From IMG/VR virus record IMGVR_UViG_3300032303_000918, positions 1-34,263 of that record: a stretch of 34,263 nucleotides of DNA; one strand, 5' to 3'. Source of the DNA: a virus. Taxonomy: Duplodnaviria; Caudoviricetes. Of this stretch, positions 9,839 through 19,143 are shown piece by piece (positions within the stretch are counted from its first letter, which is position 1; every line of letters starts with the position of its first letter). The translations under genes and the position numbers were made by a program. The notes beneath the pieces were generated by a model, which was not told where the DNA came from, searched no databases, and saw only the letters and a list, made by a program, of their open reading frames with translations.

Positions 9839-10554
9839 TAGAATGGTGGAAACTGGAAAGTTCCGTTGGGGTGAAGTTCATCTGGGCATTCTTCGTTATC
9901 ATATTGCATAACGGCCTCTTGAACCTCCCAAATGCACCTAGTCCCACCAATCTCCTTCGCCAATGTTCTTAATGAAGGGGGCTGGATAATAAAGTGTGAA
10001 GATAAATCAGTTGGTATGCTTACACCAGCGACTTGGGTTATTTTGCATTTCTTGCCCACACTTCCAAGATTAATTGGGGCTTGGTCATAAATGTATCTAA
10101 CTCTAATCTGAAACCTAGCTAGGTCTTGGTATCTAACCCCATACATTGGGTTGGTAGTAGAGCCACCGCCACCGCTTAAGCCTGTGCTACCACTTTGGCT
10201 GTATGTTTGCGGAAATGTAATAAGATTTGTTGTTGCGTCCACCTCGCCCGAATACTTGTCTACTAGCTCTTTTACCTTCTTTGCTCTCTCAATTGGGTTC
10301 TTGGCAAAATCTCCGTCAATCTCTGTAACACTTTTTCTTATGCTAGTATCAATTGCATAAAACATGCAATTCAGTTTGTATTTGCCACAGCCCAAATCCT
10401 CCATCTGCTTACCGCCTAGAAACATTCCAGAGGGTGGGGATGGTCTTGCGCTAAATGCCTCTTCTGAACTATCACAAAAATACGGAATTGTCATTTGGGC
10501 AAGCCCATTTGCGTCTACGCTCATCTGCTTCCCTGTTATTTGTACTATTGGCAT
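9838..10554 (-). CDS. Putative distal tail/hub protein
   Basis: Immediately follows the tape measure gene; call rests on synteny. Confidence 0.45.
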   Translation of the reverse strand: MPIVQITGKQMSVDANGLAQMTIPYFCDSSEEAFSARPSPPSGMFLGGKQMEDLGCGKYKLNCMFYAIDTSIRKSVTEIDGDFAKNPIERAKKVKELVDKYSGEVDATTNLITFPQTYSQSGSTGLSGGGGSTTNPMYGVRYQDLARFQIRVRYIYDQAPINLGSVGKKCKITQVAGVSIPTDLSSHFIIQPPSLRTLAKEIGGTRCIWEVQEAVMQYDNEECPDELHPNGTFQFPPF

Positions 10555-10556
10555 AA

Positions 10557-11783
10557 CTATGCGAATGTCCCATTTTGGTTTTTAATATCTATTAGCGTTT
10601 TGCTTATCTTATCTATCCTGTCAATGATGGCCTTGTTGCCAGAGTCCTTGCTTGAGCCTCCACTTAAAGCCGTATTCATTCCAAGCGTTCCACCAGTAGG
10701 CTTAACCATTTTAGAAGCCAACCCTTGCGCCCCAGCTAATGGCGAGTCTGTTTGCATCGCCATATCATCAGTTGCATCTAATTGAATGTCTGCGCCAAGA
10801 CCCTTTTTCTTTTTGCTCTTTCCACCAGTAGGCATAGCCCCACTTTTTGCCTCTTGCTTCCCCTGTTTCTCGCCTTTGTAAACAACTTCGCCTGTTTCAT
10901 CATCAACAAAGAAGTCCTTTTCTTTCTTATTCTTTTTACCAGAGCTATCCTTGGCTTTCTTGGATGGTTGTAGAGCTAGACCAACTCCAGCACCAATTAC
11001 TGCGCCAACTGGCCCACCAGCCATAAACCCAGCAATTGCACCAAGAACTGGCATTAATGCGCCAGCATCGTTTAGTGTTTTAACAAGTTGTGCTAAAACT
11101 GCTACCGCTGGTTGAATCGCTACCGCAATTTGACCAAATACAATTAGGGCTTGGTTGCCAAGCTTTGCTATTGCTGAATCAGCTTCATCAAGCGCATTAA
11201 TCGTTTCATCATCCCATGTGGAAAAACCTTCTGCCAACCTGTTAATCTCCTCTGAACCCTGCCTTAACATTCCCATCATTTCCAAACCGCCTCTTCCAAC
11301 TAGCGTCATTGCAGTTGTCATTTCATTTCCCTGTAATGAGCCGTTCTTTAGCGCATCTGCAAAGCTCATCAAAAGGTCTGTGGGTGTCATTTTCTCAACT
11401 TGTGCCATGGTTAGTCCCAAGCTTTGGAAAGCCTCAATAGAAGACTCATTGCCAGCTAGAGCCTTTTGTTGGCTCATTGCCATTTTCTGCAAGCCCTTAC
11501 CAACTGCCTCTGTACTTACGCCAAATTCAGAACCAGCGTTGGCAAGTCTTTGAATTTCTGAAGCTGGGAGGTTAAGCTTATCTGCAAGGTCTTGCAATTT
11601 TGAGCCTTCACTAACCGCTTTCTGCAACCCTGCAACAATTCCACCAACCGCAAAGCCTCCAGCAAGAACACCAGCAAAGCTTTTTCCAAAGCTTGATACT
11701 GATGTTTTTAGCTTTCCCAAGCCAAGCTCAACGGCTTGGGCATTAAAGCCCATGATGAATGTTGCGCTACTCATTTGCGCCAC
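10557..11783 (-). CDS. Tail tape measure protein (short, 408 aa)
   Basis: Ala/Gly-rich helical sequence with LQDLADKL...IQRL..A....GVS.E and AF..LGL motifs and a hydrophobic GGPVGAVIGA segment. Confidence 0.85.
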   Translation of the reverse strand: MAQMSSATFIMGFNAQAVELGLGKLKTSVSSFGKSFAGVLAGGFAVGGIVAGLQKAVSEGSKLQDLADKLNLPASEIQRLANAGSEFGVSTEAVGKGLQKMAMSQQKALAGNESSIEAFQSLGLTMAQVEKMTPTDLLMSFADALKNGSLQGNEMTTAMTLVGRGGLEMMGMLRQGSEEINRLAEGFSTWDDETINALDEADSAIAKLGNQALIVFGQIAVAIQPAVAVLAQLVKTLNDAGALMPVLGAIAGFMAGGPVGAVIGAGVGLALQPSKKAKDSSGKKNKKEKDFFVDDETGEVVYKGEKQGKQEAKSGAMPTGGKSKKKKGLGADIQLDATDDMAMQTDSPLAGAQGLASKMVKPTGGTLGMNTALSGGSSKDSGNKAIIDRIDKISKTLIDIKNQNGTFA

Positions 11784-12613
11784 CCAGCCTTTCTGATAAT
11801 ATATGCATTAACTATTTGCATTTCCTTCATCATGTTCCTTTTCTGAATCTGTACAGCCTCATCTCTTTGAGAGGGAGTCAAGCAAACATCAGCCCATGGA
11901 ACTAGGTTTGAGACTTGATATTGACCAGAAAAACCAGATAGAGAGCCATTAAAAAGAACTCTTGCAGTAGGTTTTGAACTTGTAGAATTTCTTACAATCC
12001 AAGCCTTTATGCCTCTTGTTCCACCAAGAAGCTTGGCGCAACCAGCCCAACCAGCCTTTGCAGTACCAACCCTTTTCTCAATTTTTGTTATATAAGATTT
12101 AAGTTTATTTGGGTTGTCTACTATAAGTAGAGGAAACTGATTTCTTGAAACCCGCATTCTCTTTCCATACCTTGCGCTTCTGTGTTTTGCTCCGTTGTCC
12201 ATTGCTCCAATTGGTGTATCAACATAACCCCTAGCTCTTGCGTTATGTAGAATCTTGTTAGCCTTGCTCCATTGTTTTCTTTTTGAGTAAAACCAAAAAG
12301 CCCTAGATGCTTGCTCTGGTGTTTGGCTTTTGTTGCTACTTGGTGCGCCTTGACTATTGGCTATTGCCTCAAAAGCGTCAGCAGTAGACCTGTAAACCCT
12401 TCTTATATCTGAAGAAACTGCTCCAGTTCCTTTATTTTGTGCTGTTGAGTCATTACCAAATGGCTGTGTTTGATATGCAAGCCTTACCGCAATTAACCTA
12501 GATTCTTTTTTTAATACATCCTTAAATGATTTGCCAGTTAAAAGTACATATCTTCTAACTTCCGCAATCCAAGCCCTGTCATCAACCTTAACTCTTAATC
12601 CCTGTGAGTTCAT
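11771..12613 (-). CDS. Putative neck/tail-completion protein (HK97 gp10-like position and composition)
   Basis: Basic protein with RVGTAKAGW and N.VPW motifs, located upstream of the tape measure gene. Confidence 0.45.
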   Translation of the reverse strand: MNSQGLRVKVDDRAWIAEVRRYVLLTGKSFKDVLKKESRLIAVRLAYQTQPFGNDSTAQNKGTGAVSSDIRRVYRSTADAFEAIANSQGAPSSNKSQTPEQASRAFWFYSKRKQWSKANKILHNARARGYVDTPIGAMDNGAKHRSARYGKRMRVSRNQFPLLIVDNPNKLKSYITKIEKRVGTAKAGWAGCAKLLGGTRGIKAWIVRNSTSSKPTARVLFNGSLSGFSGQYQVSNLVPWADVCLTPSQRDEAVQIQKRNMMKEMQIVNAYIIRKAGWRK

Positions 12614-13175
12614 TTTCTTGTCTCATCTTCGCAACTTTTTCCATTGCAACCTCTTCATTTGGTGAAACAATGTCAATCTTTGCCCCCTTAAGTCTCTGTG
12701 TATTAACAAAATACCAATAGGCCATTCCAACTGGCATATTCCAGACTTCAGACAACTTAAACCCAGCACTTACTAGGCTTGTTGTAATTGTTACAATGTT
12801 TCCAAGGTTATCTATGTTCTGCTCTGTTGCATCTCCATCTTTTTGCCAAATAAGAGGAATGCTATAATGGTCTAAAAGATATAGGTTAAAGTTGTATAGC
12901 TCTTTGTATAAGTTGGGATACGGCATTGCAAAAAGAGATTTGGCTAACTCCCAGCCACTAGGCCAATTGATATTAGGCCAAACGCTTCGACTAATTGAAA
13001 CTGCCCACCTTAAATCTTGCCATCTAACTAAAGCTTGCCCACCTTGAAGCATTGGGCTTCCAGCAGATTCCATTAGGAAAAGATGCCATAAAGAAAAAGG
13101 CTTTAGGCTTAAGCCAAGCACCTTATACGATTTGTTAATAAAGGCTTCTGCAAGCCTTTTATTTTCAATTCGCAT
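12588..13175 (-). CDS. Putative tail assembly chaperone
   Basis: Lies between tube-like genes and the tape measure gene; contains a VWNMPVG.A.W motif. Confidence 0.45.
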   Translation of the reverse strand: MRIENKRLAEAFINKSYKVLGLSLKPFSLWHLFLMESAGSPMLQGGQALVRWQDLRWAVSISRSVWPNINWPSGWELAKSLFAMPYPNLYKELYNFNLYLLDHYSIPLIWQKDGDATEQNIDNLGNIVTITTSLVSAGFKLSEVWNMPVGMAYWYFVNTQRLKGAKIDIVSPNEEVAMEKVAKMRQENELTGIKS

Positions 13176-13489
13176 TATGGAGCTTTGGGATAGTGAACGC
13201 CACGGCCAGAAACTTTCTTAAAGTCTCCAGCGGTAGAAGTAATTGTAACGCTTGTTAGCTTGAATGTCTTGGAAAGAACTTGTGCAGTATTTGTAGTAGG
13301 TTGAAAGCCAGTATCAATCCCCTCAAAAGAAAGCTCATAGGTATCATTGTATCCGTATGCATGTGTTGGCTTTGTTTTTTCTGTATCTGGGTCAATAATC
13401 AATGTGTCCATTTTTCCAGTAATTGTTACAGATGTTAGCTCAACTCCAGAAATTGTTGTTCCACTTGGGATTCCTACATTGTTAGCCAT
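13175..13489 (-). CDS. Putative minimal tail tube protein
   Basis: Thr-rich beta protein with ELSFEG and LTSVTIT..AGDFKKVS.RG; position fits a tube gene. Confidence 0.45.
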   Translation of the reverse strand: MANNVGIPSGTTISGVELTSVTITGKMDTLIIDPDTEKTKPTHAYGYNDTYELSFEGIDTGFQPTTNTAQVLSKTFKLTSVTITSTAGDFKKVSGRGVHYPKAP

Positions 13490-13492
13490 ACA

Positions 13493-13822
13493 TTAGTCCT
13501 GCGGTTCTGCGACAACTTCAACGCCAGCAACATCAAGTTCAGCTTGGAATGCGTAGTTTCTTACAATCTTGTCTGAATACTCTGTTGGAATGCTTGTGCT
13601 TCTTGTTGCTGTAAACTTTAATGGCCTGTCAGCTAATGGCTTGCTTGCGTAAGAAACTGCGATTGCATCAAGTATTGCAAAGAGAACTTTGCGTATATCA
13701 GCATTTGCTCCATTAACCTCCGATTCCGTAAGCTGTGGGAGGCTAGACAATGGAATAGCCAACCATCCACTATCAGCTTCAATTCCATTAATCCATTCAG
13801 TAGGTGTTTTATTAAAGGCCAT
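13493..13822 (-). CDS. Hypothetical virion protein
   Basis: Coupled ORF between two tube-like genes. Confidence 0.5.
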   Translation of the reverse strand: MAFNKTPTEWINGIEADSGWLAIPLSSLPQLTESEVNGANADIRKVLFAILDAIAVSYASKPLADRPLKFTATRSTSIPTEYSDKIVRNYAFQAELDVAGVEVVAEPQD

Positions 13823-14118
13823 TAGCTTCCACCCTCCAAGGTTAGTTTTGTTTCTGATTTTGTGGGAAGGTCAGTATTGGACATTTTTATTTCCCAAGAA
13901 ATAGTAGTTCCACTTCCAATAGTTCCTGTGGTAAGTGTAATCCATGCGGGAGACATCGTAACTTCTTCAGTAGTAGTCTCATTCTTTTGGTACTTTACTT
14001 TGTATACTCCAACATTTCCGTCCTTATCCTGTGCCGTGATTGTCTCCCTGCTAATGTCCTGTGTTTTGGACTTGTAATTATTTCCACCCGCCCCGCCGTA
14101 AGTTGCTTGAATTGGCAT
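13822..14118 (-). CDS. Putative minimal tail tube-like protein
   Basis: Thr-rich with a QDKDGNV hairpin and SNTDLPTKS end; layout resembles 13175-13489. Confidence 0.4.
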   Translation of the reverse strand: MPIQATYGGAGGNNYKSKTQDISRETITAQDKDGNVGVYKVKYQKNETTTEEVTMSPAWITLTTGTIGSGTTISWEIKMSNTDLPTKSETKLTLEGGS

Positions 14119-14130
14119 ACGCTTCTAGCT

Positions 14131-14532
14131 CTATGTCAAATTGCAAAAGGCTTTGATTGTAATTGTGTCTACAAGTGAAATATCCGTAGGTTCGCCACCA
14201 ATTTCACCAATCCGCAAACCCTTACACTCAAGCCCATTTCCTGTAATTCCGTCTGCCATATCTTCATTGGCTTCTGTTAGCTCAATAATTTCAGATACTC
14301 GCTCTTGATGTCTTGTATCTGCGTCCTCTTCACCAATGCTTGAAATAACTGAAATATCTATATTGCACTCATAAAGAGCCATATTTGCCTCATAGGGCTT
14401 GATTTGTGAGCAGTTAACCAGAATGCATGGCATGACAAGCTCTTGTGGTATTCTTGCAATTTTAACATCAATATCAACGGCTGAAGCAATCCAACTGGCA
14501 ATCTGGGTTTCTGATAGTCTTCTTATGTTCAT
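14131..14532 (-). CDS. Putative tail terminator protein
   Basis: Acidic 133-aa protein with a PCILV motif, following the head-tail connector. Confidence 0.5.
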   Translation of the reverse strand: MNIRRLSETQIASWIASAVDIDVKIARIPQELVMPCILVNCSQIKPYEANMALYECNIDISVISSIGEEDADTRHQERVSEIIELTEANEDMADGITGNGLECKGLRIGEIGGEPTDISLVDTITIKAFCNLT

Positions 14533-14840
14533 ACAGCTTTTAGTGTTAAGGTGATTGTGTTGGCATCTTGCCCAATTGAATCAATCTGGTAGTGCTTGCC
14601 CTCGTAAGAAACTTTAACACCCTTCTCAAGAAATCCCTGTGCCGTTAGTGTCTCGCTACGCAGGGTTACAAATGTTCTTAAAACGCTAGTAGTTACAAAG
14701 CCCCTAGAGTCCATGTTGGCATCTCTTACTTCATCAGAAAGAATGCCCCTAATTGAGTTGTTCTTGATAAGGAGGTTAACCCCAGCAAGCTCAACAACCT
14801 CTGCCATCCCATAGGCAATTAATTCGTTGGGAGTGTTCAT
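14529..14840 (-). CDS. Head-tail joining protein (lambda FII-like)
   Basis: ~100-aa beta protein after the capsid gene, ending KG.KV.YEG..YQI.SI..D...ITL.L. Confidence 0.6.
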   Translation of the reverse strand: MNTPNELIAYGMAEVVELAGVNLLIKNNSIRGILSDEVRDANMDSRGFVTTSVLRTFVTLRSETLTAQGFLEKGVKVSYEGKHYQIDSIGQDANTITLTLKAV

Positions 14841-14845
14841 AATAC

Positions 14846-14882
14846 AAAGGGGGTTGCCACCGCTTTAGATGACAACCCCCTT
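14846..14882 (-). terminator. Hairpin / probable intrinsic terminator after major capsid gene
   Basis: Minus strand AAGGGGGTTGTCATC-TAAAGC-GGTGGCAACCCCCTT, ending in a short interrupted U tract. Confidence 0.65.
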
Positions 14883-14903
14883 CATGGGTAGGTTAATTAT
14901 TAA

Positions 14904-15797
14904 TTACGCAGACACCAAACGAACAACCGAATTATCAATGCCCTTGGCGTAACCATACACAACTTCACCATTGAAGAAGTGAGTTCCTTTTGCCGTGTTA
15001 TAGTGACGGCGGTAGCCCAAGGTAACGCCACTCTCATCATCCGTAGCCTGTGAGGTAGCGAGATATTCCGAAGGGGCTTGGGGCTGGAGTCCACGAACCG
15101 CAACAGCCAAGGCCGAAGGATGCACAAGGAAACCAACCAAGTTTTCGCTATTCGTTGGGAGCATGTTCAGTTCATAAACAGGCAAGCCAAAGATGCTGGG
15201 AACAACACCGCTTCCAAGCACATTGCTCTGCAAGGCAAGGTTAGCGATAATGTTAGACTCGCCCAAGAGCTTGTCATAGTAATCAGCATTTAGGAACAAT
15301 GAACATTCCGTAACATCAATATCAGCTTTCACGGCCAGCTTACGCATGGCTTGAATGTCGGCCAATCCAAAGCTTGCAGAAGCCTTGGTAACCTTGTTCG
15401 TTGCACCCCAATTGCTGGCTGTGATTGCCGAAAACACATCCAAGAGCATTGCCTTGGCGAGAGATTTGCCAATCTGGTTGCTCCACTTGTTAATATCGGC
15501 TGTGCTGGACTTGGCTACATCTTGGTCAGTTACGCTAACCGAAGCAACTTTATGCTGGTCAACATTGACGCTGATTGCAGAGAGAGTACCGCCACCAACC
15601 TCATAACCAGTAGAGTAGGAGAAGTTAGAAGCAGAAACATTAGCAACCACAGGGACGCTAACGGATGCCCCACGCTGGGTTGCTTCCGCACTATAAGAAG
15701 TGCTGAAAGCGTTCAGAGGAGCAAGACGAGAAGTTAAAGCTTCAAGTGCGTTTTGAGCAATGAGAGCATCGTTGAGTGAGGAGTTGATGGTTGCCAT
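14904..15797 (-). CDS. Major capsid protein (HK97 fold)
   Basis: 297 aa after the protease/scaffold gene, with G.SVSVP, G.VPSIFGLPVYE, GFLVHPSALAVAVR and E.VYG motifs. Confidence 0.88.
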   Translation of the reverse strand: MATINSSLNDALIAQNALEALTSRLAPLNAFSTSYSAEATQRGASVSVPVVANVSASNFSYSTGYEVGGGTLSAISVNVDQHKVASVSVTDQDVAKSSTADINKWSNQIGKSLAKAMLLDVFSAITASNWGATNKVTKASASFGLADIQAMRKLAVKADIDVTECSLFLNADYYDKLLGESNIIANLALQSNVLGSGVVPSIFGLPVYELNMLPTNSENLVGFLVHPSALAVAVRGLQPQAPSEYLATSQATDDESGVTLGYRRHYNTAKGTHFFNGEVVYGYAKGIDNSVVRLVSA

Positions 15798-15819
15798 ATA
15801 TTTTATTTCCTAATTTGCA

Positions 15820-16122
15820 CTATTTGGTTTTGATGAAAGGAGAGAGTTCTGTGCGGTTCTCTTTCCAGAATTTGGTGCGTTCTGCACCATTCAAACGACT
15901 AAATTTCTCTACAACGGAAACTTCTGGTTCGGGTTCGGGGGTTACTTCAACCTTGCCCTTTGCGTCTTCAAACTGAACTTTGATTGCTCCAAGTTCAGCA
16001 GACAAACCAGCAACGGCATCAGTTTTTGCAAACTGCGCCAAGCTCGCTTCAATCATGGAAAGTTTTTCAACCAAGGGCTTAATAGCCTCATTAACAAAAG
16101 CTGTAATTTCTTCTTTATTCAT
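15820..16122 (-). CDS. Probable internally initiated scaffold protein (100 aa, in frame with the protease)
   Basis: In-frame ATG (MNKEEIT) 14 nt downstream of a TTTGACA motif, analogous to lambda Nu3 inside C. Confidence 0.55.
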   Translation of the reverse strand: MNKEEITAFVNEAIKPLVEKLSMIEASLAQFAKTDAVAGLSAELGAIKVQFEDAKGKVEVTPEPEPEVSVVEKFSRLNGAERTKFWKENRTELSPFIKTK

Positions 16123-16620
16123 ACTATTTTTGGCAATGTCAAATACTTGCGTTGTGGCTGTCTCTGAACCATTACCGCTTTTAATGCTGAACACTCCAGC
16201 GTTAGTGGCTGGGCTAACAACCAAATCAATAGAGAAAAGCTGTTTGAGCCTAGCAAACATTCCTCCGTCTACTTGCTCTTGGTCTGCTTCAAAAGAAATA
16301 GAGAAGCCAATTTGTTCAGCAAGTTTAGAAATAAGCTCTGAAAAGAAGTTGGCTTTTTCTGAAGTCTCAAAAATGTGAAAATCTGCCCTTACCTTACTTT
16401 TCCCAGCCTCTTTGCTATCAATAGTGAAGTTGTCCATGTAGCCGATAATTTCACCAACTGAATCAGAATGGTCAGCCAAGACTTTAATGGGTGCATTGGC
16501 TTTACCAAAAGAGGCAACTTGCTCCAATGTGGTTGCATCAATAAGAAGGTTATGCCCTTGGGCAACTCCTTCTGTAATTACGGAAACTCCGCTAAAGTCA
16601 TATTGGGGTTTGTCAGCCAT
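15820..16620 (-). CDS. Prohead protease with C-terminal scaffold domain
   Basis: Between portal and capsid. ADH, IGFSI and IDLVVSPATN are herpes/HK97-type protease motifs, and the C-terminus is coiled-coil. Start placed at MADKPQ, 13 nt after TTTGACA. Confidence 0.75.
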   Translation of the reverse strand: MADKPQYDFSGVSVITEGVAQGHNLLIDATTLEQVASFGKANAPIKVLADHSDSVGEIIGYMDNFTIDSKEAGKSKVRADFHIFETSEKANFFSELISKLAEQIGFSISFEADQEQVDGGMFARLKQLFSIDLVVSPATNAGVFSIKSGNGSETATTQVFDIAKNSMNKEEITAFVNEAIKPLVEKLSMIEASLAQFAKTDAVAGLSAELGAIKVQFEDAKGKVEVTPEPEPEVSVVEKFSRLNGAERTKFWKENRTELSPFIKTK

Positions 16621-16643
16621 ACAACAAACCACATGTCAAAATG

Positions 16644-18032
16644 TTAACTTGCTGGGATTATTTGCGGTTGGGGTTGGCTTTTATTTGTCTGAATCTGTGA
16701 GACTTCTATTCCGTATTCCCTTGCAATGTCTGCTATGTATTTTGCTTCTATTGCCTTCTGTCTGATAATTTCTTGCCACTCGTCTCCACGCTCCCCCGCT
16801 AGGTCTGCCAAGGAGCGCATGCCCACTAGGTAGTCTTCTCGTTCTGCGGTTGCATCTCTACCTACATCAATGGAAATCTTCTTTGGTGTTTGATATACTG
16901 CCTTGTACCACTCTGGATTCTCTGGCAAGTCTCCACGCTTAATAGCTTTTGCTGTACTCCATCTATAAACTCTTTTGATAAGTCTGTTAATTAGAACATC
17001 TTGAATTTCATCAAACCTTCTTTGAGCCTGTCCAATTACAAATCTTTGGCTTGGGCCAGATAAATCAGCCTTCCAAACAAGTTCGTATGGGATGCCAAGC
17101 GCAAGAGCAATAGAGCGTATATACTGCTCTAGGTGTTGGTCTAATGCAGAATTTGGCCTACTGGATTGGATGGTTTGAAGGTCTTCACCAATTCCAAGGT
17201 TTGCAATTGCTCCACCTCCAAAAATTGTTTCAGCATTAACACCATTCTCAATCTGTTTTGTTTGTGACAAGAAACCACCGCCAGAATCTTTTCTTTTTAC
17301 TACTAGACCGATAACAGACGCAAGCTTTGATGCTTGCATTTCATAAGTCAGAAGTTCATCTCTGTCAAGAATTTGCGTCATGGCACAACCAAGTCTGGAG
17401 ATTGCCCTATATTGGTGCGGTCTATCGTACTCCGCTACAACAATTACATCTTCTGCATTTACTTCTTCATATTTGTCATTGGCAAGTTTGAAGTAATAAG
17501 AAAGCGGTTTTCCAGATGCGTTAACCTTGACACCATCTGTAATCCTTTTGTCTTTTGAAAGTTCTTTTGGTGTTTCGCATTTGTGTGACTCAACAAGCTC
17601 AAGCTGTGGATATCCGCTTTTTGTTGAGTTAAGGACTAGAAAGCATTCCCCATCTCTCAACATTGTTATTGTAACAATTCTCTGCATTTCATTGAAATCA
17701 TGTACTCCAGCAATGTCACAAATTCCAGAGAATGAATCAAAGAACATTTCCGCTTTTTCATTCCATGAGTTATCGGCTGTCCTTGCCTGTACCTTAATTC
17801 CAGAGCCGATTGAGTTTCTTACCATTGTGTCAACTGCTCCACGGACTAGGGGGTTTGATAGGTACATTTTCCTAGCCAAGCCAAGAGTTCTTGTCCTGTC
17901 GTATGGGTTGATGTCGTTTTTATGGTCATCTACTTGCGAGAAAACCCAAGCTCTATGTCTTGGGTTGTGTTGCGTCCATGGGGTCATCTGTGAAAACCCA
18001 AACTTGTTTTTAAGTGACGCAATTAGGTTCAT
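16644..18032 (-). CDS. Portal protein, lambda gpB family
   Basis: ARKMY.SNP.VRGAV...IGSGI, RDGECF, DGVKVN..GKP..Y, R..QYRAIS and ALGIPYE motifs. Confidence 0.92.
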   Translation of the reverse strand: MNLIASLKNKFGFSQMTPWTQHNPRHRAWVFSQVDDHKNDINPYDRTRTLGLARKMYLSNPLVRGAVDTMVRNSIGSGIKVQARTADNSWNEKAEMFFDSFSGICDIAGVHDFNEMQRIVTITMLRDGECFLVLNSTKSGYPQLELVESHKCETPKELSKDKRITDGVKVNASGKPLSYYFKLANDKYEEVNAEDVIVVAEYDRPHQYRAISRLGCAMTQILDRDELLTYEMQASKLASVIGLVVKRKDSGGGFLSQTKQIENGVNAETIFGGGAIANLGIGEDLQTIQSSRPNSALDQHLEQYIRSIALALGIPYELVWKADLSGPSQRFVIGQAQRRFDEIQDVLINRLIKRVYRWSTAKAIKRGDLPENPEWYKAVYQTPKKISIDVGRDATAEREDYLVGMRSLADLAGERGDEWQEIIRQKAIEAKYIADIAREYGIEVSQIQTNKSQPQPQIIPAS

Positions 18033-18343
18033 AGAACGCCAGAGAAAAGGCCATAGGTTAGTTGGCTACTATTGCCAAGAATTGCGCCCTCAATTTCTTC
18101 TTGCTCCAAGTCTTTTGTTTCACGAATTACATTAACCGCCATCTGCACAATATCCAAAGGGTCAAGACCAGAGGTGGTTGAGTATGTAAAAGAAACTCCG
18201 TTGACCGCACTAGATACAAGAGTTTTTCCGTTATTTTGGACAAGCTGAAACTGCTTTAATACAACTGCGTCTAGGGCATTTAGGAAATTGGTTTTAAGCC
18301 TTCCAGATTGCACCCAAAACGCATAGGCAAAAGCTTGGTTCAC
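18029..18343 (-). CDS. Putative head completion protein (gpW-like position)
   Basis: Small ORF directly upstream of portal with an SSAVNGVSFTY hairpin; GTG start. Confidence 0.5.
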   Translation of the reverse strand: MNQAFAYAFWVQSGRLKTNFLNALDAVVLKQFQLVQNNGKTLVSSAVNGVSFTYSTTSGLDPLDIVQMAVNVIRETKDLEQEEIEGAILGNSSQLTYGLFSGVL

Positions 18344-18358
18344 AAGCCTGTGTTGGTG

Positions 18359-18514
18359 TCAAAACCCCTGCTCTGGGGTTTTCTTAAGCCTTGGTCTACC
18401 ACCAAGCTTTCCGTTTAGCCTTGCCTGTTCTGCCTGTAACTGCGTTCTCTTGCGTTGCCGTAATAGCTTGCCAATGTTTAGAACCTCACCGCATTTAGGA
18501 CATTTTCTTTTCAT
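18359..18514 (-). CDS. Small basic CxxC / NGKLGGRP protein, candidate DNA-binding regulator (51 aa)
   Basis: MKRKCPKCGE...QARLNGKLGGRPRLKK, preceded by a promoter containing the island palindrome. Confidence 0.6.
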   Translation of the reverse strand: MKRKCPKCGEVLNIGKLLRQRKRTQLQAEQARLNGKLGGRPRLKKTPEQGF

Positions 18515-18547
18515 AGATTGTTGTACCCAACTATTGGGTTGTGTCAA
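18515..18547 (-). promoter_or_regulatory. Island promoter P4 with operator-like palindrome
   Basis: TTGACA (18542-18547), then AACCCAATAGTTGGGTA (18524-18540). The -10 is weak (TACAAC at 16-nt spacing). Confidence 0.6.
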
Positions 18548-18911
18548 ATAAGTTTATTGTCTCCTTGTTTTTTAACATCTCTGAACGGCTGGGGCATGAC
18601 TTCTTGCAATCAATGCAAGACCTCCTTGAGCCTCTAAAGCAATCCTCTTCAAACTGAAGGTTCTGGTACTTCACAAAATGTTGATTTCTTCCCCTAGTTG
18701 GTTTCACTTTACAGATATTGGATTGCCATATTTTAGACCAATAAGGCTTGCCAGCTATAACCCTTGAGCCAATTGAAAGACCATTTGCTATTGTGCCAAA
18801 CCTTTCAGAATTGTTGGGGTTTAATATTGGGCAGTACCTCATGGAACTTACTGCTATTTTTGTCTTTTGCATGGCTGATAAATATAAACCAGACCAAGCA
18901 TTTTTTGGCAA
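18531..18911 (-). CDS. Hypothetical protein (island)
   Basis: Co-oriented ORF filling the gap; start uncertain. Confidence 0.4.
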   Translation of the reverse strand: MPKNAWSGLYLSAMQKTKIAVSSMRYCPILNPNNSERFGTIANGLSIGSRVIAGKPYWSKIWQSNICKVKPTRGRNQHFVKYQNLQFEEDCFRGSRRSCIDCKKSCPSRSEMLKNKETINLFDTTQ

Positions 18912-18930
18912 ATTGATTTTTGTGTTCGTT

Positions 18931-19143
18931 TTATTCTTTCTCTATTTGGTCAACAATTAGCTTTGCGCCCCTGTCTCTCTCAATAGGCCAAGCAAGTTTG
19001 GTGTCTCCGTTGGGCATTTCTATTTTCAGACCATAAAGCTTTTCATTTTCAAGCTCTACATTGTCCCAGACAACTCCAACAATCCTTCCACCTACTAGGC
19101 TTTTGTACTGGTCAAGCTCTGCTGATTCTTCTTTGGTGTTCAT
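18931..19143 (-). CDS. Hypothetical protein (island)
   Basis: 70-aa acidic ORF with an ACCA-ATG start context. Confidence 0.6.
   Translation of the reverse strand: MNTKEESAELDQYKSLVGGRIVGVVWDNVELENEKLYGLKIEMPNGDTKLAWPIERDRGAKLIVDQIEKE

Noticed and set aside
12588-13175. Programmed -1 frameshift in the tail chaperone gene
   Set aside because: I found no convincing slippery site with a G/GT-type ORF pair; the next ORF has its own start.
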